From Candidatus Saccharimonadota bacterium (GTDB lineage Bacteria > Patescibacteriota > Gracilibacteria > BD1-5 > UBA2023): a DNA stretch of 32,000 bases. Numbering within the stretch: the first letter of the stretch is position 1; every line of letters begins with the position of its first letter. The notes below the pieces were generated by a model. It was not told where the DNA came from, did no database searches, and saw only the letters and a program-made list of their open reading frames with translations. The stretch covers positions 180,001-212,000 of the forward strand of contig BAAFHK010000003.1 in NCBI GenBank assembly GCA_042852035.1. The letters run 5' to 3'. Position numbers and translations under genes: made by a program. Below, piece by piece: positions 21,424 to 30,748 of the stretch.

Positions 21424-22521
21424 TTAGAGTGTTCTTAGTTTATTTATGAGGTCAGCCCGAATCGTTTTATGGCGCTCCTGAGAGTTACTCTTAAGGAATT
21501 CATAGTGTTTTTCGAGTTCTTCCCAAAGTTTCTTGAATGAATCGAGAGAAAGTTCATGGGGGGGAAGGGTATAGCTTTTGTTATCGATAAGGCTTACGAA
21601 CTCATCAGTCTTTGGTCCGTAAGAAATCATAATAAGGGGGAGCCCATGTGTTATGGCAAGTATTCAAGCATGTAAGCGCATCCCAACAACAGCATAAAGT
21701 GTAGGATAAAGCTTGAGTGTTTGTTCGATAGTGCTCGTAATATTATAGGTTTTTCCTTGCATAACCCTTCTTATAAACAGCAGATCGTTTTGATTTTCGT
21801 ATCATTCTGTTGTATGAACGAGGAATATGGGGTCATATCACTTTTCAGCCAGGTAGTCGTAGATTTTTGGAATATCTGTTTCATTATCTCAAAAGAATCC
21901 CCCTCGAAATGATAGTCCTATGCGTTTTTTTTCTGGCATTTTTTCTTGTTTTTCTTCTGGTTTATAAAGAAATGCAAGGTCTGGGATCTGTGAGCATGGA
22001 ATTTCAAGGGCATCAAGGAGTCCAGCGCTTTTATCATCCCTGACAATAATAAAATCCCCCTTCTTAAAAATCTTGTGGAGTTGCATTTTGTTCTTTACTT
22101 GCTTTACTTCGAGAGATATCCCAAGAAATACTATTGTCGTTCCGGCAAGTCTAGCAAGCTTTACTCGGAACCACCATTGTGTAAGAAGATTTGTAAAAGA
22201 CACCCCCTCCTCATTATCAAATATAAGTCATCATCATCCAATAATCATAAAATCAGCACGAGCAATGAGCCAAACATTTCTCAATAAATACCAGATATTC
22301 ACAAATGGATTAGAAAGAAGTCCATGAGGAAAATAAGTTACCCAATGAAGAGATTCATCTTGTATGATTGCGCTTTTTTTATCGTGAGTAAAAATTATAA
22401 AATCTACCATCTCCCCATAGTGGCCATGCAAGAATTTGACCTCCTCAGACAGAATAATTTCATCTCAGAGATTATACGATCCAGTAGCCGTCATGATAAG
22501 TACCTTTTTCTTCTTATACAT
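21424..22521 (-). CDS. polysaccharide pyruvyl transferase family protein (CsaB-like)
   Basis: Joins track ORFs 22234..22431, 21889..22203 and 21424..21630, all in one frame, through TGA codons. ATG at 22519-22521, TAA at 21424-21426, 365 aa. ADFMIIGGGGLIFD and VVGMRLHAGILAITHGLPLIMISYGPK match pyruvyl transferase motifs. Confidence 0.7.
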
Positions 22522-22657
22522 GCCTCTATTCTATGGGAACATACTTATTTCTCCAAATTTTTTAAGACTCTCTGATTGAAATAATTAATACTTATTTAAT
22601 AATTCATTATTATAATTGCCGGAGATATTGTTGGATACATGAAAAGTCTATACCTCC

Positions 22658-22685
22658 TTGAATTCATAAAAAATATCTCTACAAT
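22658..22685 (+). promoter_or_regulatory. sigma70-like promoter candidate for ssb
   Basis: TTGAAT (22658-22663), a 16-nt spacer, then TACAAT (22680-22685), 38 nt upstream of the ssb ATG. Confidence 0.35.
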
Positions 22686-22723
22686 ATCGAGGCCCATACG
22701 TCTATACTATAACCCTACATCAT

Positions 22724-23188
22724 ATGAGCAATTCTCTAAACAAGGTTCAATTAATAGGAAATCTTACTGCGGAACCAGAGGTTCGTGAGACTCCGAATTG
22801 ACAAAAGGTTGCTACCTTTTCTGTTGCAACGAATCGTAAGTGGAAGGATGCTGGAGGCATGCTCCAAGAAGATACGGAGTTTCATAATTGTGTTGCATGG
22901 AGAGGACTTGCTGATATTGCGGAGCAATATATGCACAAGGGGAAGAAAGTTTATGTGGAATGATATCTTAAAACTCGTAATTGGGAAGATACTGCTTGAG
23001 TGAAGCGCTACAAAACTGAAATTGTCGCAGATAATGTTATTCTTCTTTCTTCTCCGGCATGAGAAGGCGGAAGCTATGCTTCACAGTCAGGCTCATCATA
23101 CTCAGAAAGTATTCCAGAAGAGCCTCGAGTAAAAAAATCAAAGTCAAAAGCTGAAGAAGAAATTGCCATTGAAGATATCCCATTTTAA
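22724..23188 (+). CDS. ssb: single-stranded DNA-binding protein
   Basis: MSNSLNKVQLIGNLTAEPEVRETPNGQKVATFSVATNRKWKD...FHNCVAWRGLAD...VYVEGYLKTRNWED forms the OB fold. A Gly/Ser-rich linker leads to the acidic tail IAIEDIPF. There are 4 in-frame TGA (for example in PNGQ). TAA at 23186-23188. Confidence 0.9.
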
Positions 23189-23213
23189 AAAATCCCCATT
23201 TGGGGATTTTTTT
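23189..23213. terminator. bidirectional intrinsic terminator between convergent ssb and the VirB4-N-like gene
   Basis: AAAATCCCC-attt-GGGGATTTT hairpin flanked by an A-run and a T-run, immediately after the ssb stop. Confidence 0.7.
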
Positions 23214-23255
23214 CAGATGAATGATTTATGTTCAGTTTTAATTCGAGGAAATTCA

Positions 23256-23975
23256 CTATCCTAAGTTCAGGCTTTCCGTATCGGCCTTGAGATTATTTTC
23301 CGTTTTAATTCGAGGATTATAGTAATTGTAGACTAATTTAATGAGATCTTCCTTTTCAAGGATGCTTGCTTTCAGTCAGATAGCCTCAAGACTCATTTTA
23401 ACCGTTGATACGCGCTCATAATTTTGCTTCTTGAGTTTATCTGTCCTAATGCGATTCATTCGGATATCAGAAGCATTTTCTTCCTGTCTTAGAGCGCTCC
23501 AAAAGGATGAAAATATTCAGAAGAAACTTGTTTTCCGAACACTCTCATTATTTTCCATATCATAGGGCACTATAATATAGAACTCTTTTTTCATGATTTG
23601 TGCGAGATCTACCAAATTCGTTAAGAAGTCAACGTATTTATAGGTTTGTTCCTGGAGAAGGGAGTTTGTTTGTTTGAGGGCAAGATTTTTGAGTCGATTT
23701 ATATAGGCCTCGATATCAACCTTTACAGATCTTACAACTATTTGGATAGGAAAATTGATGGAATTCAAGAATCTCTGATAAGAAATAAGAATAGCATCTT
23801 GTTCGTCGGTACTTTTGAGATTAAAGTTTGTCGCATGAACTCGCAGAATCATACGTGATGATCCATCTTTCATAATCATGAGATTATCTCTGATTTCGGA
23901 AAATGGAAGATAGCGCTGAGTGCTACTATCTTGAGGAGGTTTCTTTCATGTTTTTACAGAACTAGTATCAGGCAT
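23256..23975 (-). CDS. standalone VirB4/PrgJ N-terminal-domain-like protein (no ATPase domain)
   Basis: Track ORF 23517..23879 extends upstream to ATG 23973-23975 and downstream through TGA 23517 and 23376 to TAG 23256-23258 (239 aa). YLPFSEIRDNLMIMKDGSSRMILRVHATNFNLKSTDEQDAILISYQRFLNSINFPIQIVVRSVKVDIEAYI...KEFYIIVPYD has the layout of the domain preceding the P-loop in Gram-positive-type VirB4 proteins. No Walker motifs are present. Confidence 0.5.
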
Positions 23976-23977
23976 AT

Positions 23978-24394
23978 TTAAAGCTTTCCAATATTAGAAG
24001 AGAGTTCCTCATTCATTTTTGATTCGAGAGAGGTGTTCTTTTTTATTTCTTTTGTCTGTGCTCCAGGGGTAATATATCAGATTTCTAAGTCTGAATAACT
24101 ATCAGTACCTAGAGACCACCCTCTGAGTTTTGCATTCAAATGAAGTCTACAAAAATTCAGTACAGCTGGAAGAAATGTCATTTCAGAAATTTTGACGAGG
24201 GCAACTATAATAAAGAGTATTACAGGTATGACAGCAAACACGGTCGCAACCTTTGAGCCAACTTGTTGACTTAAAACATTAAATACCGTATATCCAAGTC
24301 CTCATCATACAGCAATTATCCCAAGTTGCCTCAAGGAAAGGCCGGCAACAATGGTGTCTTCGTTTTCTATCTGGATGGGAATCTTGTATTGCAT
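23978..24394 (-). CDS. PrgI family (VirB3-like) small membrane protein
   Basis: Hand translation from ATG 24392-24394 to TAA 23978-23980, 138 aa. MQYKIPIQIENEDTIVAGLSLRQLGIIAVGGGLGY (two Gly = TGA TGA), followed by two TM helices, matches the PrgI-family N-terminal pattern (Y.iP..id.EDkI.G.ltlrQ). Its stop lies 2 nt from the next start. Confidence 0.6.
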
Positions 24395-24469
24395 ACTATT
24401 CTTGAATTTTTTCTTTTGTAAGTATATAGTAATTTCTCTTCATGTGCAAGGTGTTTGTTTTGGATTCTT

Positions 24470-24497
24470 TTGACTTTTAGATGCTTCATCGTATAAA
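24470..24497 (+). promoter_or_regulatory. sigma70-like promoter candidate for secF
   Basis: TTGACT (24470-24475), a 16-nt spacer, then TATAAA (24492-24497), about 75 nt upstream of the secF ATG. Confidence 0.3.
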
Positions 24498-24572
24498 TGG
24501 ATTGATTTTTCGAAATAGTGTCCCAAAGCAAGATATTTATAATTCTTGGCCGTTACCCCTAACCTACACTCT

Positions 24573-25544
24573 ATGTATTCATTCGTTCATAATCGCTTTA
24601 AATACTATACCATAGCTTGAATTCTTGTATTATTCGCGCTGGTTTCACCATGGTTATTTGGTCTGAATCAAGGAATTGACATGACATGAGGAATTCAGAT
24701 AGAGTACCGTGTTGATTCTTGAGATGAACTTCAGGGAGAGGCTTTAGCAAAAGCCACAGCACTTGAATATAAGAAATCTATTACAGTAGGCGGAAAAGAG
24801 GTAATTAACGACGTTATCGTATATGGCATAGCTGGTACACCATCATTTATTGTTGAAGCATGATTCGCAACTCCAGAATGAGCAACGGATGCAGATATGG
24901 AGGCTGCAAAAACGGCTTTTACAAAGAATGTTACTGATAAGCTTGCATCATCTCCAGATGCAAAAATCAGTCAGTCGCGTTATGTAAATGTTTGAGAATC
25001 TTTCGGAGCTTATATTAAGAAGTCTGGATATGTAACTCTTACACTCGCGATTATTATGATTGCAGTTTATATTGCGTATGCATTTCGTGGATCTATACCA
25101 GGTATGTCTAGTTGGCCTTTTGCTTTAGTTACTTGAGTTTCTTTAATTCATGATGTTATAGTTGCTTTTGGGCTTTATGTGTTCACCTCATTCTTTTTTC
25201 CTGAGTTCAAGATTGATACATTTTTTCTTACAGCAATGTTAACTATACTGGGATACTCGATTAATGATACTATTGTTGTTATGGACCGAATCCGATCTAA
25301 TCTTGAGTCTGGGGATGGGAAAAAGAGTGGACTCTCGGGAATAATTGATAAATCAATCCATGATACCATGACTCGATCTATATTGACTTCTTCTACAGTA
25401 TTTATTGTGCTTCTTGCGATGTTCTTCTTTGGACCAGATAGTCTGAAGGGCTTTACGCTTGCTCTTCTTTTCGGTACAATTGTAGGAACGTACTCATCAA
25501 TTTTTCTTGCTTCACCTCTCCTCGTAGATATTACCAAGAAGTAG
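24573..25544 (+). CDS. secF: protein translocase subunit SecF
   Basis: ATG 24573 is in frame with track ORF 25179..25544. GIDMTGGIQIEY (TGA Gly), the TM bundle ...LIHDVIVAFGLYVF...TILGYSINDTIVVMDRIRSN... and GTYSSIFLASPLL are SecF hallmarks. TAG at 25542-25544. No secD is adjacent. Confidence 0.85.
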
Positions 25545-25553
25545 AAATGTCTT

Positions 25554-25587
25554 AAAAAAATCCACCCCGAAGGGGTGGATTTTTTTA
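25554..25587. terminator. bidirectional intrinsic terminator (secF / pilin-like gene)
   Basis: A7-TCCACCCC-gaa-GGGGTGGA-T7. The TAA of the convergent minus-strand gene (25585-25587) sits in the T/A tail. Confidence 0.75.
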
Positions 25588-26382
25588 ATTAGTAACAATA
25601 TAGTATGGGCCGCTTCATTTCACAAGATGTCCGTAGAGATTATTTGAACTTGTTTCTTCTTCGCTATATTCACTGAGAGGTTTTGCAGAGTTCCCAAGGG
25701 TTGGATCATCAAGTTTTGTTCCAATAGCGTAAAATTTTGCCCCTTTAATAGTGGAGGCATTTCCTCTTTCGTACTCTATGTCTCAGTATCCTCGGTACTC
25801 ATATTCACCAGGACGTGAACAGCCTACATTTTTATGATTTTTATTTGGATCAACGGGAACCCCCTTAGGAAAGTAGTTTGAGTTTAGATACTCTTGAGGT
25901 AAACATCAGCTAATATCATTAGGTGGATACATTTCTTTATCCGCATAATAAGCTCATAATGTTGTCGCAATCTTGTTCAAATCAAGGATTCGTACTTCAT
26001 CACGATTCTCATTAGAGGCGAGAGGGTTATCATCCTCTGCTTCTTCGTAAGACTTGAGTTTATTTTTGAGACTTTCTATTTCTTGATTGAGTCTGAGGAC
26101 TTCTTTTTCATTATCATTTTTTATTGATTCGATGGATCCAGATGATTCAGCTTTTATACGTAGGATTTCTCATTCATTTGTTTCTTTGGTCTTTTGAAGT
26201 TCATAATAGAGCCCTCAGATTGCTATGAGAAAAATAAATTCAACAATACTTAGACCTATAATAACCATTTTATAGGTACTCTTTTTTACTTGAGGTGGAG
26301 GTGTTTGATCTATTGGGGGAGGATTTCCAGAACTTTCTGAGGAAAGGGGGTTATTTGGAGTTGTATTGAGGAGTTCTTCCAT
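25585..26382 (-). CDS. membrane-anchored protein with coiled coil and pilin/pseudopilin-like globular domain
   Basis: Verified triplet by triplet: no TAA or TAG between ATG 26380-26382 and TAA 25585-25587 (265 aa, 6 TGA). It has a Pro-rich N-terminus, one TM helix (MVIIGLSIVEFIFLIAIGGLYY) and a coiled coil. RDEVRILDLNKIATTLGAYYADKEMYPPND is the motif typical of type IV pilin/GspG-like domains in CPR. No G/FxxxE prepilin cleavage motif is present. Confidence 0.55.
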
Positions 26383-26482
26383 GGGGGCGGAAATTAGGTA
26401 TAGAGTATGTGATTATAGTAGCATAAATTTCTTCTTAGGACAAATTCTTTGAGGAGATAAGTTTTTCTATATACTTCGGACT

Positions 26483-27553
26483 ATGATTTCAAGAATTTCG
26501 CTCTCATGATTCCGCGGTATAAAAAATAGAGCCTTCAATCTTACAAAGAAATCTGCCATTATTGGTATGAATGGTTCAGGAAAGACACATATCCTTGAAG
26601 CCATTCATCTTGTATCAGGATGACAGTTACACTACTTTCAGGCTCCACGAGAGGAACACTATAATCTCGAACTTTCGATTGATTCTTTGATTTGACCACG
26701 GACATACAATCTCATCAGAAATGACTGAAGAGAAGAATTCCGAATACAATGATGAAAAGTAACTTCAATAAAGTACAAAGAGGACCTTCCTTATAGGACT
26801 GTGTTTCTTTCGCCTTTCGATATGAATTTGCTCTATTTTGCCCCGGCAATTCGACGAGATTATCTTGATTCTATTCTTTCCCGCGCCTATGCTCAATTTC
26901 CTAAGATAAAGCGTGAATATGAAGCTGCTATGAGGCAGAGAAATGCTCTTTTGAAAAAAATTCGTGACCATGAGGTGGATAAAAAAAATCTTGATTACTG
27001 GGACCGAGTTTTTGCAGAAAAAGCGCAAAACTACCATCAATATCGAAAAAGTCTAATAACTTTTATAGAGCAAAATTCAAAGGTATTTTTAGAGTTTCTT
27101 CCGAAGTATAAGCATAGATTCTCCTATATTTCAAAATTCAATGAACGAGATGATATCCAAGAGTTTACTCTCGCGTATCTTCACGAGAATAGGGATCGTG
27201 ATATTATTACTGGTCATACACATATTGGTCCTCATCTAGATGATTTTATCCTCGAGATTCAATACCAATGAGATACCCAGTCGTTTCTTGATGCTACCTT
27301 GGTGCTTTCTCGGTGAGAGACTAAAGTTCTTCTGCTTGCTTTGAAGCAAATTGAAATTCTTTTTTTGAAAAAAATATTCCAGTCTCCCATAGTTCTACTT
27401 TTCGATGATATTTTTGCGGAACTTGATCAAAATTATGCTGAACATGTAATCGAAACATTTGACGTTGACCAAGTAGTATTTACAACTCAAAGAGTGCTTC
27501 CTGTTTCGGAAAAATGGGAGGAATTTTCTTGCATAAACCTTGAACTTCAATAA
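26483..27553 (+). CDS. recF: DNA replication and repair protein RecF
   Basis: MISRISLSGFRGIKN...IIGMNGSGKTHILEAIHL (Walker A). Joins track ORFs 26801..27271 and 27341..27553. SRGETKVLLLALKQ (signature-like) and VLLFDDIFAELD (Walker B) are present. TAA at 27551-27553. Confidence 0.85.
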
Positions 27554-27598
27554 TATGAGCCAAGTATTTCGACTCAGAATAGTTTCTCACTTTTTCGT

Positions 27599-29311
27599 AT
27601 GCGAAATTTTTTCACTCGTGTTCTTTTTCTTCTTGTTGGTGTTACAAGCTCGCCACTAGTCCTTTTGGCGGCAGATGTTACGAACTCCTGAGCAAATACT
27701 CAGGCTACTCCAAAAATTCACCATTTCTCAATTATTACTGTTCCAACAACAAAAGTCTGAGAGGCAATCGATGTGACTGTCGAAGCCCGTGATAAGGATG
27801 ATAAAGTTTTTACAGGTTACCGATGATCTATCTTCTTCCAATCGGATACAGATTTTGGAGCCTCTCTCCCTGCCCAATGAAAAGCAATTCAGTTCAAAGA
27901 AAATGATAATGGAGTTAAGACCTTTAGTAAGGGGGTAACTTTCAAAAGAGTTGGAAAACAAGAACTTGCCGTGACTGAGGCTACAGAAGATGTGGGTGGT
28001 TCTATCACTATTACTATCGAAGAGGCAACTACTACTCAACCCGTAGCTACAAATGAGCCAGTAACAATCACAGTTCCAGAACAGTGATCCACGGTTACTA
28101 CAGATACGATTATGGTGAGTGGAAAAACCAAAAAAAATAGCAATGTTTCAATTAAATTTAATGGAAAGGATAGTGGAACAGCGAAAACTGACGATGCAGG
28201 TATATATACCTATAAGCTCTCATGAATTTCTCAGCAATCAAATCTTCTCTCTGTCTCAGTCCTAGATGGAACGAATAATGTTATAGGTACAGCGCAGTCT
28301 CAGTTTAATTATGCTGGGAAAATGCCAACGTATTTTAATACATCCATAAAACCAGGACTTGAGGTTGTTGGTGGTACTGGGATTACTATAACGGTTGATG
28401 CTGAACCATGACTTACTTCAGTCTCTATTCTTATTGATGGTACAACACTTCCTGCAAAAGAAGAGTCACCAGGAAAGTATACCGTATCTACTGTTGCCCC
28501 TTCAAAAACAGGTTCGTATGCTATTGAGGTCTCGCTCAAAAATATACTCGCTCAAGCTACAAATAAACCGGATGCAGCAATACTGAAAGTTATCCCTAAC
28601 CCAGCTCCTATTGTTGTTCTCCCTCCAATAGATACAGGAGCACTCAATCCTCCAGCGTTTAAGAATGTTGTGACTACTATGGAGGGAACAAAGGTGAACC
28701 TAAATTTCTCAGTCGAAAACCTTCCTGCAAATACTTCTCGATTTAAGATTGTTTATGGTGATACGCCAGATACCCTCTCAAATGAAGTACTTACCTATAC
28801 CCTTGATAAAATTACGCGCCCAAATTGAACCTATAATTGGTATATAAATAATCTTCCTCCGAAAAACTACTCATTTAAGATTTTTGGTGTAGCAGCTGAT
28901 GGCTCTCTTGTATCTGGTTTAGTATCAGATCCTGTGAGTATGACTGTTGGGAAGTCGGGTGCTTGTAGTATCGGAAATGTTTCAAGCGTCAAAGCTCTAA
29001 CTCTTGCTGATAAAACAATACTTTCATGGGATGCTCTTTCATGAGCTATCTCTTATAATGTTTATAAAATAAATGCAGCAAAGGATCTTCAGCTTATTCA
29101 AAATGTAAAAGAAAATAGTTATACAATTCAGCTTTCTTCTGGATCTATAACGTATGCTGATTTTGCAATTAAAGCTCTTTGTGATGAAAAAACTGAATCA
29201 ACAGTTCCAGCTATGGCTTCAAAGGTCCAAACTGGTCCAAATGCCCTCGCTCTCATAGTTATCGTTGCTGCGCTTTGAAGTGTTCTTCTTCTTCGGAGAA
29301 AACTGTTTTAA
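27599..29311 (+). CDS. secreted/cell-surface protein with Ig-like and fibronectin-III-like repeats and C-terminal membrane anchor
   Basis: Not visible in the ORF track because 10 in-frame TGA cut it into pieces shorter than 60 aa. Triplet-by-triplet reading shows no TAA or TAG from ATG 27599 to TAA 29309-29311 (570 aa). Features: signal peptide MRNFFTRVLFLLVGVTSSPLVLLAA, beta-rich T/S/V repeats, the FN3-like segment ILSWDALSGAISYNVYKINA, and the C-terminal tail KVQTGPNALALIVIVAALGSVLLLRRKLF. Confidence 0.7.
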
Positions 29312-29320
29312 ATTCGAAAA

Positions 29321-29345
29321 AAATACCGATAATTCGGTATTTTTT
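29321..29345 (+). terminator. intrinsic terminator after the surface-protein gene
   Basis: AAATACCG-ataatt-CGGTATTT hairpin running into TTTTT (29341-29345). Confidence 0.6.
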
Positions 29346-29420
29346 GTATACATTATTTTTTCGCTGATATCGACAGAACCCCTTTAGATTCCTTTTATGA
29401 AAAGGAACTATTATTTTCCT

Positions 29421-29448
29421 TTGACATCTCCTTTCATTTTTATATAAT
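29421..29448 (+). promoter_or_regulatory. consensus sigma70-type promoter for rpmH-rnpA
   Basis: TTGACA (29421-29426), a 16-nt spacer, then TATAAT (29443-29448), 32 nt upstream of the rpmH ATG. Confidence 0.55.
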
Positions 29449-29480
29449 CCCGAAGCTTTAAAAAACTAAGTTCCCCTAGT

Positions 29481-29720
29481 ATGCTCGCAAAATTCAAGAA
29501 AAGAAAACGTCTTCGTGTTCATGGATTCCTTGCTCGAAAGAGTACGGTTGACGGACAAAAAGTTCTTCGCGCACGCCGAAGAAAAGGTCGTCATGTTCTC
29601 GCGGTGAGTTATCCAAACCGTGTAAAGAATATTCGTGGAAAAAGTAAACACCACAATATCGCCGGAGGAAACGCTCGGATCGTTACCTATCCTGGTCTTA
29701 CTGAAAGATTTCGTGGCTAA
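29481..29720 (+). CDS. rpmH: 50S ribosomal protein L34 with C-terminal extension
   Basis: [43 protein letters not shown] is a full L34 domain. The frame then continues 35 more codons ([36 protein letters not shown]) to TAA 29718-29720. Confidence 0.8.
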   Translation: MLAKFKKRKRLRVHGFLARKSTVDGQKVLRARRRKGRHVLAVSYPNRVKNIRGKSKHHNIAGGNARIVTYPGLTERFRG

Positions 29721-29735
29721 TTCACCTATTCTCGC

Positions 29736-30128
29736 ATGATAGCGAAGAAATATCGTCTTACAGAAAATGAAGTCCAAAAGGTTCTGCGCGCGCGCAAACC
29801 TTTTTTTTCGCATATACTAGTGGCGAATGTTTTTCCGAATAAGTTTTGATACGCTCGTATTGGTATCGTTCTTTCAGCAAAACAAACGAGAGGGAGTGTA
29901 AATCGAAATTCTATTCGCAGGATGGTATATGACTTATGTCGTGATGAACTACAAAAAACTTCGAATGATATCGTTTTTGTTGCAAAAAAAGGTACAATAT
30001 TCGACTATAAAAATCAGGCTCACTGCTCAAATATTCAAAGAGATATAGTCTTTCTTTTACGAAATATCGTGAATCAATGAACACCTTCTCTCTCAAGTTC
30101 TTCAAAAAAACAAAGAAACAAAGAATAA
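29736..30128 (+). CDS. rnpA: ribonuclease P protein component
   Basis: It directly follows rpmH (the canonical order). MIAKKYRLTENEVQKVLRARKPFFSHILVANVF...RIGIVLSAKQTRGSVNRNSIRRMVYD matches the RnpA RNR motif region. In-frame TGA at 29841 and 30078. TAA at 30126-30128. Confidence 0.8.
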
Positions 30129-30142
30129 TGAGTTTGTCTATT

Positions 30143-30745
30143 TTACTGAAATATACCCTTCCATCATTTTAGATAGTACCTTCGGCTAATGAGTATTCCT
30201 ACAACAATCCCATTGAGGGTGATGTAGACTACCCAGTAGAGACTTGTTTCTACATTAGCACCTGATTGTGCAAGGTACATAAATCCAATATTGAGTATTC
30301 CTGTAAACCAAGCAATACTTGTCTCGGTCCAAGGGCTTATCCAAGATTTCTTGAATATCGGTAGCATGATAGTGATATCGATAATACACGAAAATATCAC
30401 TGTATAGAGGATATTTTGCGATATATACCAGTATATGATGAGTATGATAGAAAGCCCGAGACTTAGGTAATCAAACCAGTTTATATGAATTTTATGAAAG
30501 CCACGAATTCCATACCCAATACCAAAGATACTTTGAGAAAAGAGTAAAAACACGAGAGGAATAAGAGAATAGTATTGTTGGTTGGTGTAGAGAACAAAAA
30601 AATTAAACCCAACGAGAATGAGTCATATAAAATTCACAAATGGATGAGGTATAGTTCGTCATCGTATCGTATCTCTCCAGTAAAATATTGACCCAGAAAG
30701 GTAAATAAAAGTACTAATGATCGCAAAAAGGAGTTCGTTTGGCAT
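30143..30745 (-). pseudogene. membrane-protein paralog interrupted by two compensating frameshifts
   Basis: Track ORF 30164..30553 covers the C-terminal two thirds. The N-terminal third (ATG 30743-30745, MPNELLFAIISTFIYLSGSIFYWRDTIR) is in the same frame but is separated by in-frame TAA 30602-30604. The segment 30601-30660 encodes GRTIPHPFVNFIGLILVGFN in another frame, which aligns to GRSYPHPITFGIWTILVGFN of the intact neighbour. Confidence 0.5.
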
Positions 30746-30748
30746 AGT

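Noticed and set aside
23235-23316. A 23-nt imperfect direct repeat, ttc(a/c)GTTTTAATTCGAGGA(a/t)t, at 23231-23253 and 23298-23320. It was considered as a CRISPR-like or att-like repeat.
   Set aside because: There are only two copies. One lies inside the 3' end of the VirB4-N-like CDS (encoding PRIKTE) and the other is just past its stop, in a different frame. It is most simply a small local duplication. No array and no cas genes are present.
29312-29480. The intergenic region upstream of rpmH was examined for oriC features (DnaA boxes, AT-rich unwinding repeats).
   Set aside because: It contains a terminator hairpin and a consensus promoter, but no recognisable DnaA-box cluster.
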